From: an uncultured Nitrososphaerota archaeon
GTDB lineage: Archaea > Thermoproteota > Nitrososphaeria > Nitrososphaerales > Gagatemarchaeaceae
Direction of reading: 5' to 3'
Length of the DNA stretch: 64,000 nt
Assembly (NCBI GenBank): GCA_963749225.1
Contig: CAVVLY010000005.1
Span: 95,437-159,436, forward strand
Of this stretch, positions 55,829 to 63,685 are shown in pieces. The notes under the pieces were generated by a model. The model had not been told where the DNA came from. It did no database searches and worked only from the letters and a program-made list of their open reading frames with translations. The translations under genes and the position numbers were made by a program. Numbering within the stretch: the stretch's first letter is position 1; every line of letters begins with the position of its first letter.

Positions 55829-56656
55829 TTATTTTGTCATCTCTAGGTCGAACGCAAGGTCCGATTCATTAGAGACGGTAGGTCTTCCGTAAAGCTTGTT
55901 GGGGAGCGGGATGACGTCGTCTAGTATCCCAGAGATCACTCCAATGAGGAGCCAGCTGACCGATTGAACGCCCAATCCCACGGAGAGGGGGTTCCTTACG
56001 GTGACGGAGACCCTACCTTCTTTGACCTTGGAGAGGTCGAAGGTGCACAGACCCCATCCCAGGGCCCTCATTGCCTCCGTGGCTGCCACGACGAGCGCGG
56101 GTCCGTCTGCCCAGGGCATGTAGGACCTCAGCGTGCTCGAAATGCCCTTTCCGACCGGGCGGCCTGTGGCGATGAGATGCTCCTCGCCCTCAGCATGACC
56201 TTTCTCAAGGACTGCCTTCTCGTAGCCCATCAAGGCGCTCGCGGGGAGTATTATCGCTCGGTTGCTCCCGCCCACCGTGATTGGAAACATGAATCTCTCA
56301 AAGAGAGCCGTGGATGCGCTCCCACTAAGGACGGTCTTCACCGATTTGATGGCCGTCATCTCCTTCAGTACTTGGTCGGCGGGTGCATCTGAATTCCGGA
56401 AATCGGCAAAGGTAACGAGGACGAAATCGCCGCTCGCTATGGTGTCGATGTCCACGCTGTTGAGACTGATGAAGTGCTTGGCGAAGAGAGTTGATATCTC
56501 AGACAGTATCCCGATGCGGTCTCGGCCGGTGATGACAAACTCGTGGACGAACTCGCCTTGGGGGGCGACGAGTGCCAATCTCCTGGGGAAATACTGTCGC
56601 GCATGCCGCTCAACCTTGACCTCGGTCTTTGGCACATTCATGAACTCGTGGGCCAT
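55829..56656 (-). CDS. ACT domain + V4R (4-vinyl-reductase-like) domain small-molecule-sensor protein
   Basis: ACT-like 'EFVITGRDRIGILSEISTLFAKHFISLNSVDI'. V4R-like C-half 'ALGWGLCTFDLSKVKEGRVSVTVRNPLS'. The start is uncertain (ATG 56656, ATG 56641 or GTG 56635), because a TATA-like 'ttaaataa' abuts the first ATG. Confidence 0.7.
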   Translation of the reverse strand: MAHEFMNVPKTEVKVERHARQYFPRRLALVAPQGEFVHEFVITGRDRIGILSEISTLFAKHFISLNSVDIDTIASGDFVLVTFADFRNSDAPADQVLKEMTAIKSVKTVLSGSASTALFERFMFPITVGGSNRAIILPASALMGYEKAVLEKGHAEGEEHLIATGRPVGKGISSTLRSYMPWADGPALVVAATEAMRALGWGLCTFDLSKVKEGRVSVTVRNPLSVGLGVQSVSWLLIGVISGILDDVIPLPNKLYGRPTVSNESDLAFDLEMTK

Positions 56657-56715
56657 TATTTAAGGAAAATGTCAAACAGACCGAGCATTTCGCGTCCAGA
56701 ACCTGAACTATCGAG

Positions 56716-57630
56716 CTACTTCTGTCGGACGAACTTGAAGATCCCCGTGGGATAAGGGATCATGGACCGGGAGTCGTAGATCTGCGTCGCGTAGATATTG
56801 TCCTCGTGGTCCACGGTAATCCCGTGGATGTTGAAGAGCCCCACCGTGCCGTGCTCACCCTCGTGCCAACGCTTGAGCAGCTTGCCGTCGCTGGAGAATA
56901 TCGAGACCCCGGATGGGCCGTACATTGTGCCGCTCGACGCCCAATCGTTCCCCTCTTCTAGAACGTAGACGATGTCCCCCTTTACCCTGACATCTACCGG
57001 GAGGTTCATCCCTCCCCACTCGGTGAGGTATTTGCCGTTCTCGTCGAAGATCTGGATTCTCCTGTTTTCTCTATCACAGATGTACACGCGCTCGTCTGGT
57101 CCCACGTCGATGCTGTGGACCACGGCGAACTGCCCAGGACCGGTCCCAGGGCTTCCCCACGATGTCAGGAAGTTACCCTCTTGATCGAAGACCTGGACTT
57201 TGAAGTTTCCATAACCATCAGAAACGTACATCTTTCCTGAAGGGCCGAAGGCCACACCGGTGGGCGCGCTAAAGGGCTCGGCGTAGAAGGTGGCGCTGGG
57301 CCCGTCCCTCGTCCCCCACTCCCTCAGGAGCTTGCCATCCGGCGTGAACTTGTACACCTGATGATGGCCGGAATCCACCACATACACGAAGTCCTTCGAA
57401 TCGATGTAGAGGCCGTGGGCGCCTGTGAAAAGACCCTCGCCCCAGGCCGTGATGAAGCCTCCATCGCGGGGGTCGAGGACTATGATGGGGTGTGCTCCCC
57501 TGTCGAGGGCGAATATCCTGCCCTGCGAGTCCGTCGCGAGGTCAGAGACGTTGCCGAACTTCCACCACAGGGGAAGCTTTCCCCACATGGGCACGTACTT
57601 GTAATCGAACCTGTCCCCTGGACCAATCAT
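56716..57630 (-). CDS. NHL-repeat six-bladed beta-propeller protein (peptidyl-alpha-hydroxyglycine lyase-like), paralog 1
   Basis: Repeats such as 'PTGVAFGPSGKMYVSDGYGNFKVQVFDQEGNFLTSWG' and 'RVYICDRENRRIQIFDENGKYLTEWG'. 304 aa. Confidence 0.8.
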   Translation of the reverse strand: MIGPGDRFDYKYVPMWGKLPLWWKFGNVSDLATDSQGRIFALDRGAHPIIVLDPRDGGFITAWGEGLFTGAHGLYIDSKDFVYVVDSGHHQVYKFTPDGKLLREWGTRDGPSATFYAEPFSAPTGVAFGPSGKMYVSDGYGNFKVQVFDQEGNFLTSWGSPGTGPGQFAVVHSIDVGPDERVYICDRENRRIQIFDENGKYLTEWGGMNLPVDVRVKGDIVYVLEEGNDWASSGTMYGPSGVSIFSSDGKLLKRWHEGEHGTVGLFNIHGITVDHEDNIYATQIYDSRSMIPYPTGIFKFVRQK

Positions 57631-57653
57631 GGCGCCAGCGGGACCGGCCGTCG

Positions 57654-57661
57654 TCTATAAG
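57654..57661 (-). promoter_or_regulatory. TATA-box-like element for NHL paralog 1
   Basis: The minus strand reads 'cttataga', centred ~27 nt upstream of the ATG at 57630. It is 15 nt from the left end of the tnpB element. Confidence 0.45.
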
Positions 57662-57675
57662 CTTTGAAAGGAAAA

Positions 57676-57710
57676 GTTCTGTTGCGTCTTCGGGGTCTTA
57701 GCCAGTCAGA
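57676..57710. repeat. Left terminal inverted repeat of the tnpB element
   Basis: See the element entry. Pairs with 59024-59057. Confidence 0.75.
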
Positions 57711-57747
57711 ATCTCTGGCTTGTGCAACTCAGGATGCGGCATTGGCG

Positions 57748-57757
57748 CTTATTAAAC
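57748..57757 (+). promoter_or_regulatory. TATA-box-like element (cttattaaac) for tnpB
   Basis: ~25 nt upstream of the GTG at 57777. Confidence 0.45.
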
Positions 57758-57776
57758 AAACCCAAAATACAATAAC

Positions 57777-59036
57777 GTGTTACGGGCGACGAAATGCGCA
57801 TTTCAGCCCTATTCTGGTAAAGAGGTCGATTCTCTGCTCGTTCAATGTCTTACGCTAACCTACAACGCGATTTGCTACGCCGAACAACATGGAATCCTCA
57901 ACCGGAAGGGGATGAAGTCGTTCTACCAATCAATAAAGGACGTGAAGATTCCTTCATTCTACAAGACCGCCGCGATAACAAGGGCCTGCGCGGTTGTCCA
58001 GAGTCGGAATAAGGCCAGAAAACGAAGACTCGCGGTAAGGCACCCAAAGCCTCTGAGACCGATGGTCTGCATTATCTCTGGCTTTATCATCACGATGAAA
58101 GGAAGGCTGTTCATTCCTCTGTTGAAGCGAGAGGAATACTTCGACGTTCAGCTTAACGAGCATGTAGTCAATAACCTCGAAGGGAAGAAGGTCAGAAGCC
58201 TCACGATAACTCCTGGACAGCTGTCGTTGTCCTATTCGGACGAGGTCGAGGCACGTCCTGTGAAGACCGTCTACGGGGTGGACAGGAACGAGAAGAACCT
58301 CACGTTCGGAGACGAAGAAGGGGTGATCCAGGTCGACATGAAGAAGGCTGTCAGGATGAGACAGACGACGCGAGAGATTCTCGGCTCGTTCAAGAGGAAC
58401 GACGTAAGAATCAGGAGAACGCTGGCCCGAAAATACTGGAAGAGATGCAATGACCGTACGAACAATGCCCTCCACGCTGCGACGAACTTCATGGTGGAAA
58501 CAGCTTTGAGGAATGGTGCTGCTCTCGCTCTCGAAGACCTCACCGGCATCAAGAGGATGTACCGCAAGGGAAACGGTCAAGGAAGGGATTACCGATTCCG
58601 ACTGAACTCCTGGCCGCATTGGAAGGCGAAGCGGATGATCGAATACAAGGCAGCGTGGAAGGGAGTGACGACTATTCCGCTTACAAAGTCTGAGACCTAT
58701 GGCTCCTCATCGGAATGCTCGGCGTGCGGGGAGAAGCTCCGCAGCCCTTCAAAGGATGACGTCTCGCACAGGAGGACGCTCTGGTGTCAGAATTGTAAGG
58801 AGTGGACAGACAGGGACGTTAACGCGGCCCTGAACCTGTCCGCAAGGGGGCTTGTGAGGTTCGCGAGTTCCCTTCCAGAACCGCAAGGTCGCTCCCAACA
58901 AGTTGATCTCACGGCTCTGGAAAAAGGCGAGGCAGGTGAAGCGGTGACGGGGAACGGGACGAGGACCCTAATCCTCAGAGTCGATGCCTCGAAGTTGAGT
59001 CCCGAGTTGCACCGGTCAAACATCTTGACTGGCTAA
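57777..59036 (+). CDS. tnpB: TnpB-family RNA-guided-endonuclease-like protein (IS605 OrfB / IS1341 type)
   Basis: 419 aa. RuvC-like motifs 'YGVDRNEKN' (D), 'ALALEDLTG' (E), 'DRDVNAALNL' (D). Zinc ribbon 'CSACGEKL...WCQNCKEW'. Confidence 0.9.
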   Translation: MLRATKCAFQPYSGKEVDSLLVQCLTLTYNAICYAEQHGILNRKGMKSFYQSIKDVKIPSFYKTAAITRACAVVQSRNKARKRRLAVRHPKPLRPMVCIISGFIITMKGRLFIPLLKREEYFDVQLNEHVVNNLEGKKVRSLTITPGQLSLSYSDEVEARPVKTVYGVDRNEKNLTFGDEEGVIQVDMKKAVRMRQTTREILGSFKRNDVRIRRTLARKYWKRCNDRTNNALHAATNFMVETALRNGAALALEDLTGIKRMYRKGNGQGRDYRFRLNSWPHWKAKRMIEYKAAWKGVTTIPLTKSETYGSSSECSACGEKLRSPSKDDVSHRRTLWCQNCKEWTDRDVNAALNLSARGLVRFASSLPEPQGRSQQVDLTALEKGEAGEAVTGNGTRTLILRVDASKLSPELHRSNILTG

Positions 59037-59057
59037 GACCCGAAGACGCAACAGAAC
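59024..59057. repeat. Right terminal inverted repeat of the tnpB element (overlaps the tnpB stop)
   Basis: See the element entry. The last tnpB codons '...ILTG*' lie inside the repeat. Confidence 0.75.
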
Positions 59058-59087
59058 CAAGGAGGTTCCGCCAGAAGCATGCGGCGT

Positions 59088-60008
59088 CTACTTGTGTCGG
59101 GTGAATCGGTAGACTCCGTTGTTGAATGGGATCTTCTTGCAGGCCACGGGGTCGTAGATCTGGGTCGCGTAGAGGTTGTCTTCATGGTCCACCGTGATAC
59201 CGTGTAGGTTGTACAGACCTTCGGTCCCGCGTTCCCCTTCGTGCCAACGCGACAGGAGCTCCCCGTCGCTATAGAAGATGGACACTCCAGAGGGGCCGTA
59301 CATCGTGCCGCTAGAGGCCCAGTCGTTCCCTTCCTCGAGCACGTACACCATGTCTCCCTTTACCCTCACGTCGACGGGGAGGTTCATCCCTCCCCATTCG
59401 GTGAGGTACTTGCCGTTCTCGTCGAAGATCTGGATTCTCCTATTCTCCCTATCGCAGACATAGACCCGTTCATCGGGTCCGACATCTATGCTGTGAACAA
59501 GGGCAAATTCGCCGGGACCCGTCCCGGGCCTCCCCCAAGAAGTGAGAAAATCGCCATTGGGCGCGAATACCTGCACCTTGTAATTGCCGTAACCGTCGGA
59601 GACGTACATCTTGCCGGAGGGCCCGAAGGCCACTCCAGTCGGGGCGCTGAAGGGTTCGCCGTAGAACGTGGGACTCGGGACGTCCCTGGTGCCCCATTCT
59701 CTCAGAAGCTTGCCGTCTCTCGTGAATTTCAGCACCTGGTGATAACCGCAGTCCGCAACGTACACACTGTCTTGGTTATCGATGTAGAGACCGTGAGCTC
59801 CTGGACCTAGTCTTCCTTCGCCCCAAGCTGAAAGGAAGTTGCCACCCTGGTCGAAGACGATCATCGGATGGGCTCCTCGCGTCAACACGAAGATCCTTCC
59901 CTGCGAATCCGTGGCCATGTCCGATACCTTTCCCCATTCCCACCATAGAGGAAGTTTACCCCAGTTAGGTACGAAGGTATAATCCAAGTTTTGCGCAGGT
60001 TTCTGCAT
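59088..60008 (-). CDS. NHL-repeat beta-propeller protein, paralog 2
   Basis: Collinear with 56716..57630, with long identical stretches such as 'RIQIFDENGKYLTEWGGMNLPVDVRVKGD'. The ATG at 60008 is preferred over the TTG at 60026 because of the TATA spacing and paralog alignment. Confidence 0.8.
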   Translation of the reverse strand: MQKPAQNLDYTFVPNWGKLPLWWEWGKVSDMATDSQGRIFVLTRGAHPMIVFDQGGNFLSAWGEGRLGPGAHGLYIDNQDSVYVADCGYHQVLKFTRDGKLLREWGTRDVPSPTFYGEPFSAPTGVAFGPSGKMYVSDGYGNYKVQVFAPNGDFLTSWGRPGTGPGEFALVHSIDVGPDERVYVCDRENRRIQIFDENGKYLTEWGGMNLPVDVRVKGDMVYVLEEGNDWASSGTMYGPSGVSIFYSDGELLSRWHEGERGTEGLYNLHGITVDHEDNLYATQIYDPVACKKIPFNNGVYRFTRHK

Positions 60009-60032
60009 CGCCTCACTCCGCACCAAGAGTCG

Positions 60033-60039
60033 CTATAAA
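60033..60039 (-). promoter_or_regulatory. TATA-box-like element for NHL paralog 2
   Basis: The minus strand reads 'gtttatagcg', centred ~28 nt upstream of the ATG at 60008. Confidence 0.45.
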
Positions 60040-60098
60040 CATTGGAGGGGCGCATGAGAATTGTTGCTCCAGCCGCGAATCCGTGCTCATCCGGTCTA

Positions 60099-60115
60099 AA
60101 TCTTACTTGTAAGAC
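60099..60115 (-). repeat. 17-nt element GTCTTACAAGTAAGATT, copy 2 (minus strand)
   Basis: Exact reverse complement of 44286-44302. Lies ~60 nt upstream of the NHL-2 TATA-like box. Confidence 0.8.
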
Positions 60116-60292
60116 CGTTACTCTATCAAGGCTATATGGGCAGGGCCCGCCTGAACAGCTCGGAGCGGGAGCTGCTCCGAAACGAACCGCGTGACATGCC
60201 CCGGCCCTTTTTGCGAACCCTCGCGGCGAAACGAGGGGACGGAAGCGATTAGCTCATATGCAGGCGGTTTTGCGAGCAAAGCTGACGACGCT

Positions 60293-61323
60293 TTGACGAT
60301 TCGAGTTGGAGTCAACGGCTACGGGACCGTCGGCCGGCGAGTTGCAGACGCCGTTCGGGCCCAGTCGGACATGACACTGGTGGGCGTGACGAAGACCAGA
60401 GCCGATTACAGGGCGCGCCTGGCAATCGAGAAGGGAATCGAGATCTATCTTCCCAATGAGGAATCCATAGAATCATTTGCCAAAGCTAAAGTCGCCCACA
60501 GCGGGACCTTAGCCGACCTCCTGGGAAAGGTCGACGTCATCGTCGACGCGACACCTGAACTGGGGGCGGAATACAAGCCTCTGTATGAGAAGGCCGGAGT
60601 AAAGGCGGTTTTCCAGGGAGGCGAGGAACACGAGCTGACCGGGGTCTCCTTCGTCGCCCAGTGCGACTACGATTCCGCGAAGGGCAAACGCGGCGTCAGA
60701 GTGGTGAGCTGCAACACGACGGCAATCTGCAGGACGCTCCACGCACTTGACACCAACTTCGGCGTGTCCAAGGCTAGGGTCGTCCTGGCCCGACGAGCCG
60801 CTGACCCCGACGAGGTTAGCAAGGGGCCAATCGACGCTATCGTGCCCGACCCCATCACCGTTCCCTCCCACCACGGACCGGACGTAGTTTCGGTCATGAA
60901 CGGGTTGAACATAACCACCATGGCCATCAAAGTCCCAGTTACACACATGCACCTGCACAGCGTCATGGTCACGCTCAAGTCGAACGCCACCAAGGAGTCG
61001 GTGGTAGCCGCGTTCGAGAAGGAGCCGCGGTGATGCTTATTGACGGCAAGTCGGGCTTCAAGTCGACGTCCCAAATCATCGATTGGGCGAGGGAGAAAGG
61101 AAGGCCCCGCAACGACGTCTATGAAGCGACGATCTGGAGAGATTCGGTCGGGTTGGTCGACAACGAGGTCTACCTCTTCCTGGCTGTGAACCAAGAGGCC
61201 ATAGTAACCCCGGAGAACGTGGATGCTATCAGGGCGATCGCAAGCGTGGTGGACCGCGCCACGTCTATCCGCTCGACTGACGCCTCGCTCGGCATAAAGC
61301 CGCCCGTTAACGGCTACACGTGA
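60293..61323 (+). pseudogene. gap: Archaeal type II glyceraldehyde-3-phosphate dehydrogenase; single frame break at 61028-61031 (most likely an indel error)
   Basis: 'IRVGVNGYGTVGRRVA', active-site 'VVSCNTTAICR', '...AAFEKEPR*'. It then continues as '(V)MLIDGKSGFKSTSQIIDWAREKGRPRNDVYEATIW...' in ORF 61030..61323. One missing G in 'ccgcgg|tgatg' restores the frame. TTG start at 60293. Confidence 0.88.
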
Positions 61324-62294
61324 CCGGCGATGGACCGAGCGCGGTAGTCAGCCTCGAGTGAGTCGACCTCTGCCTTGGACAGCTTCAGGGAGAGCGCCTC
61401 CACCAGCTCCTCAAGCTGCTCGAGCTTGGTGACGCCCACGATCGGGGATACGACACCAGGCTTCTGCAGCACCCACGCCAGGGCGACCTGCGCCGGGCTG
61501 ACCTTTCTCTCCTTAGCGACCTTCAGCAGCTTGTCCAGGATTCGAAAGTCCTGGTCCAGGAAGTATCTTTCCTTGAGGAGGGCGTCCTTCTTGTACCTTA
61601 GGCTGCTCGGTTCCTTGCCCTTCCTGTATTTCCCGGAGAGGAAACCGCGAGCAAGAGGGCTCCACGGAATGAGGCCGAGGCCCTTGGAGAGACACAGCGG
61701 GATGACCTCCCTCTCCTCTTCCCTGTAGATCAGGTTGTAGTGGTTCTGCATGCTGACGAACGATTCGATCCCGAGCCGCGCGCTCGTCTCCAGCGCGGAC
61801 GCGAGCTGCCACGCCCACATACTCGAGGCACCGAGGTGTGCGACCCGACCCTCCCTGACAAGGTCGTTTAGTGTGGTCAGTGTCTCCTCTATAGGCGCCG
61901 TGTAGTCCCACCTGTGTGTCTGGTAGAGGTCGATGTAGTCGGTGCCGAGCCGTTCCAGCGACTGGCGCACCCCGCGGCGGATGTGCTTGCGGGAAAGTCC
62001 CGAGTCGTTCGGGCCCGGACCCATTGGGTTGTAGACCTTCGTCGCTATGACCAGGTCGTCCCTCCGGCCTGCTATGGCGCGGCCGACGATCTCCTCCGAC
62101 TTGCCCAGAGAATAAGCGTCTGCGGTGTCGAGGAAGTTGATTCCCAGGTCGACGGCTCTATCGATTATCCGCTTGGAATCCTCATAGTTCAGGGTCCATC
62201 CGAAGTTGCCTTCCTTCGACCTCCCGAAGCTCATGCAGCCTAGGCAGATGCGAGATACCTTGAGACCGGAGTTCCCAAGCCTGACGTATTCCAA
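61314..62294 (-). CDS. Aldo/keto reductase
   Basis: 'MEYVRLGNSGLKVSRICLGCMSFG', 'DTADAYS', 'IDLYQTHRWD'. 326 aa. Confidence 0.9.
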   Translation of the reverse strand: MEYVRLGNSGLKVSRICLGCMSFGRSKEGNFGWTLNYEDSKRIIDRAVDLGINFLDTADAYSLGKSEEIVGRAIAGRRDDLVIATKVYNPMGPGPNDSGLSRKHIRRGVRQSLERLGTDYIDLYQTHRWDYTAPIEETLTTLNDLVREGRVAHLGASSMWAWQLASALETSARLGIESFVSMQNHYNLIYREEEREVIPLCLSKGLGLIPWSPLARGFLSGKYRKGKEPSSLRYKKDALLKERYFLDQDFRILDKLLKVAKERKVSPAQVALAWVLQKPGVVSPIVGVTKLEQLEELVEALSLKLSKAEVDSLEADYRARSIAGHV

Positions 62295-62373
62295 GCCAAT
62301 CGCTTGAAACCGCGCCCGGTCTCGGATTTATGAGACTTTCTCATATTTTATGAAACCCTGCAGTCCTCGGACC

Positions 62374-63591
62374 TTAACTCTTCTCGGCGGTCTCTGCGGC
62401 GGTGCGGAGCACGTACTTGGGGGTGCGGAAATCCTTGGTGAGGGACTTTACCCGCTTCTTCACCTGGTCCATCGGCTTCTTGCCGTGGACTACGAGCCCT
62501 ATCAGCTCGCCGATCTGTTCCATCTCGTTCGGCCCCATGCCCATGCGGGTAGCCTCTGCGGTGCCCACTCTTCCCGAATTGTCGATCAATATGTTGGCCT
62601 CCTCCAGCCGCTTGGCCAAGAACTCGGTCTTGGTCTTGTCATATGCCAGAAGGACCTGGTGAGACTTTGAATAACCGTGCGCCCCCCCACGTACGGCGAC
62701 CCGATTCTCCGCCAGGCTCTTGCCGAGCGCCTGGGAGTTCTTGGCGACGGCCTGGGCGTAGGTCTTGCCGAATTGGAGCATCTCCATCAGGGACACAGCG
62801 AGCGCGGCGATTCGGCCCCAGTTCGCGTTGTCCATCACCACCGGGAACATCTCCGAAGCGACCTTGCCGAAGACCTCTTCGTTGTTCCCCAGAACGATAC
62901 CGCCTTGCGGGCCGGGGAAGCTCTTGTGGGTGGACCCCACCGTCAGGGAGCAACCCTCTCTTAAGGGGTCCTGGAACTCACCGCCCGCAATCAAGCCCAA
63001 GACGTGGGCGCCGTCGTAGACACAGACGGTCTCGTCGTCTACCGCGGCGGCTATCTCCTTGATTGGGTGCGGGAAGGGCATTATGCTCGCCCCGAAGATA
63101 ACCATGTTAGGCATCTCGGTCTGGAGCAGCCTCTTGGTCTCTTTGACGTCGATATTGACGGCCTCCTTGTCGAAGGGGAAGGCGATGCTCTTCAGTCCGA
63201 GCACCTTCCCGAGCGAGATCTGGGTCGGGCCCTGGTAACCTCCGTCTTCGTTGCCGACCGAGAGCACCTTGTCCCCCCGCCGTGTGAGCCCGTACAGCAT
63301 GGCGAAATCGGCGATGTGCCCAGAGAGCGGCCTGACGTCCGCGAACCTGGCGTTGAAGACCTTCCTCGCCACCTCCTCCGTCAGGGTCTGCATCTCGTCG
63401 ATGAACCTAGTACCCTTGTAGAACTTGTCAGGGAGCGTATATCTATTGCTGAAATCGGTTGTGAGCATCCTCCTGGACTCCGGGCTGCTGAAGTTCTCTG
63501 AGACGCAAAGGTTGAGGCACTCCCCGAGGCGCCACTGGTCGTGCAATCGTACGGCGTTCTCGAGCCTGTCGAGATACGAGTAGGAGGACAT
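62374..63591 (-). CDS. glyA: Serine hydroxymethyltransferase-family PLP enzyme (divergent SHMT)
   Basis: 'LNLCVSENFSSP', 'VRPLSGHIADFA', 'GSTHKSFPGPQGG' (PLP lysine context). 405 aa. Confidence 0.75.
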   Translation of the reverse strand: MSSYSYLDRLENAVRLHDQWRLGECLNLCVSENFSSPESRRMLTTDFSNRYTLPDKFYKGTRFIDEMQTLTEEVARKVFNARFADVRPLSGHIADFAMLYGLTRRGDKVLSVGNEDGGYQGPTQISLGKVLGLKSIAFPFDKEAVNIDVKETKRLLQTEMPNMVIFGASIMPFPHPIKEIAAAVDDETVCVYDGAHVLGLIAGGEFQDPLREGCSLTVGSTHKSFPGPQGGIVLGNNEEVFGKVASEMFPVVMDNANWGRIAALAVSLMEMLQFGKTYAQAVAKNSQALGKSLAENRVAVRGGAHGYSKSHQVLLAYDKTKTEFLAKRLEEANILIDNSGRVGTAEATRMGMGPNEMEQIGELIGLVVHGKKPMDQVKKRVKSLTKDFRTPKYVLRTAAETAEKS

Positions 63592-63685
63592 GCTGCGGTC
63601 AGGCTGGCTCCGAGTTCTCTATATATTCTTGAGATATAATCGAGCGCCCTTGGCCGCCAGACCCGAACTCCACTACACTGTCTCC

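Larger units (their letters stand above)
57676..59057 (+). mobile_element. tnpB-only insertion element (IS200/IS605-IS1341-like cargo) bounded by ~34-bp imperfect terminal inverted repeats
   Basis: Left end 57676-57710 'gttctgttgcgtcttcggggtcttagccagtcaga' is the reverse complement of right end 59024-59057 'cttgactggctaagacccgaagacgcaacagaac', apart from two 1-nt indels. The interior is visibly lower in GC than the flanks. No tnpA is present. Confidence 0.75.

Noticed and set aside
57954-58619. 221-aa minus-strand ORF inside the IS element
   Set aside because: It is antisense to tnpB, which has clear catalytic motifs. The ORF has no recognisable motifs of its own.
57666-59067. Target-site duplication flanking the tnpB element
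   Set aside because: The flanks (...tgaaaggaaaa | caaggaggttc...) share at most 'aagga' at non-equivalent offsets. That is not convincing, and IS200/605-type elements usually make none.
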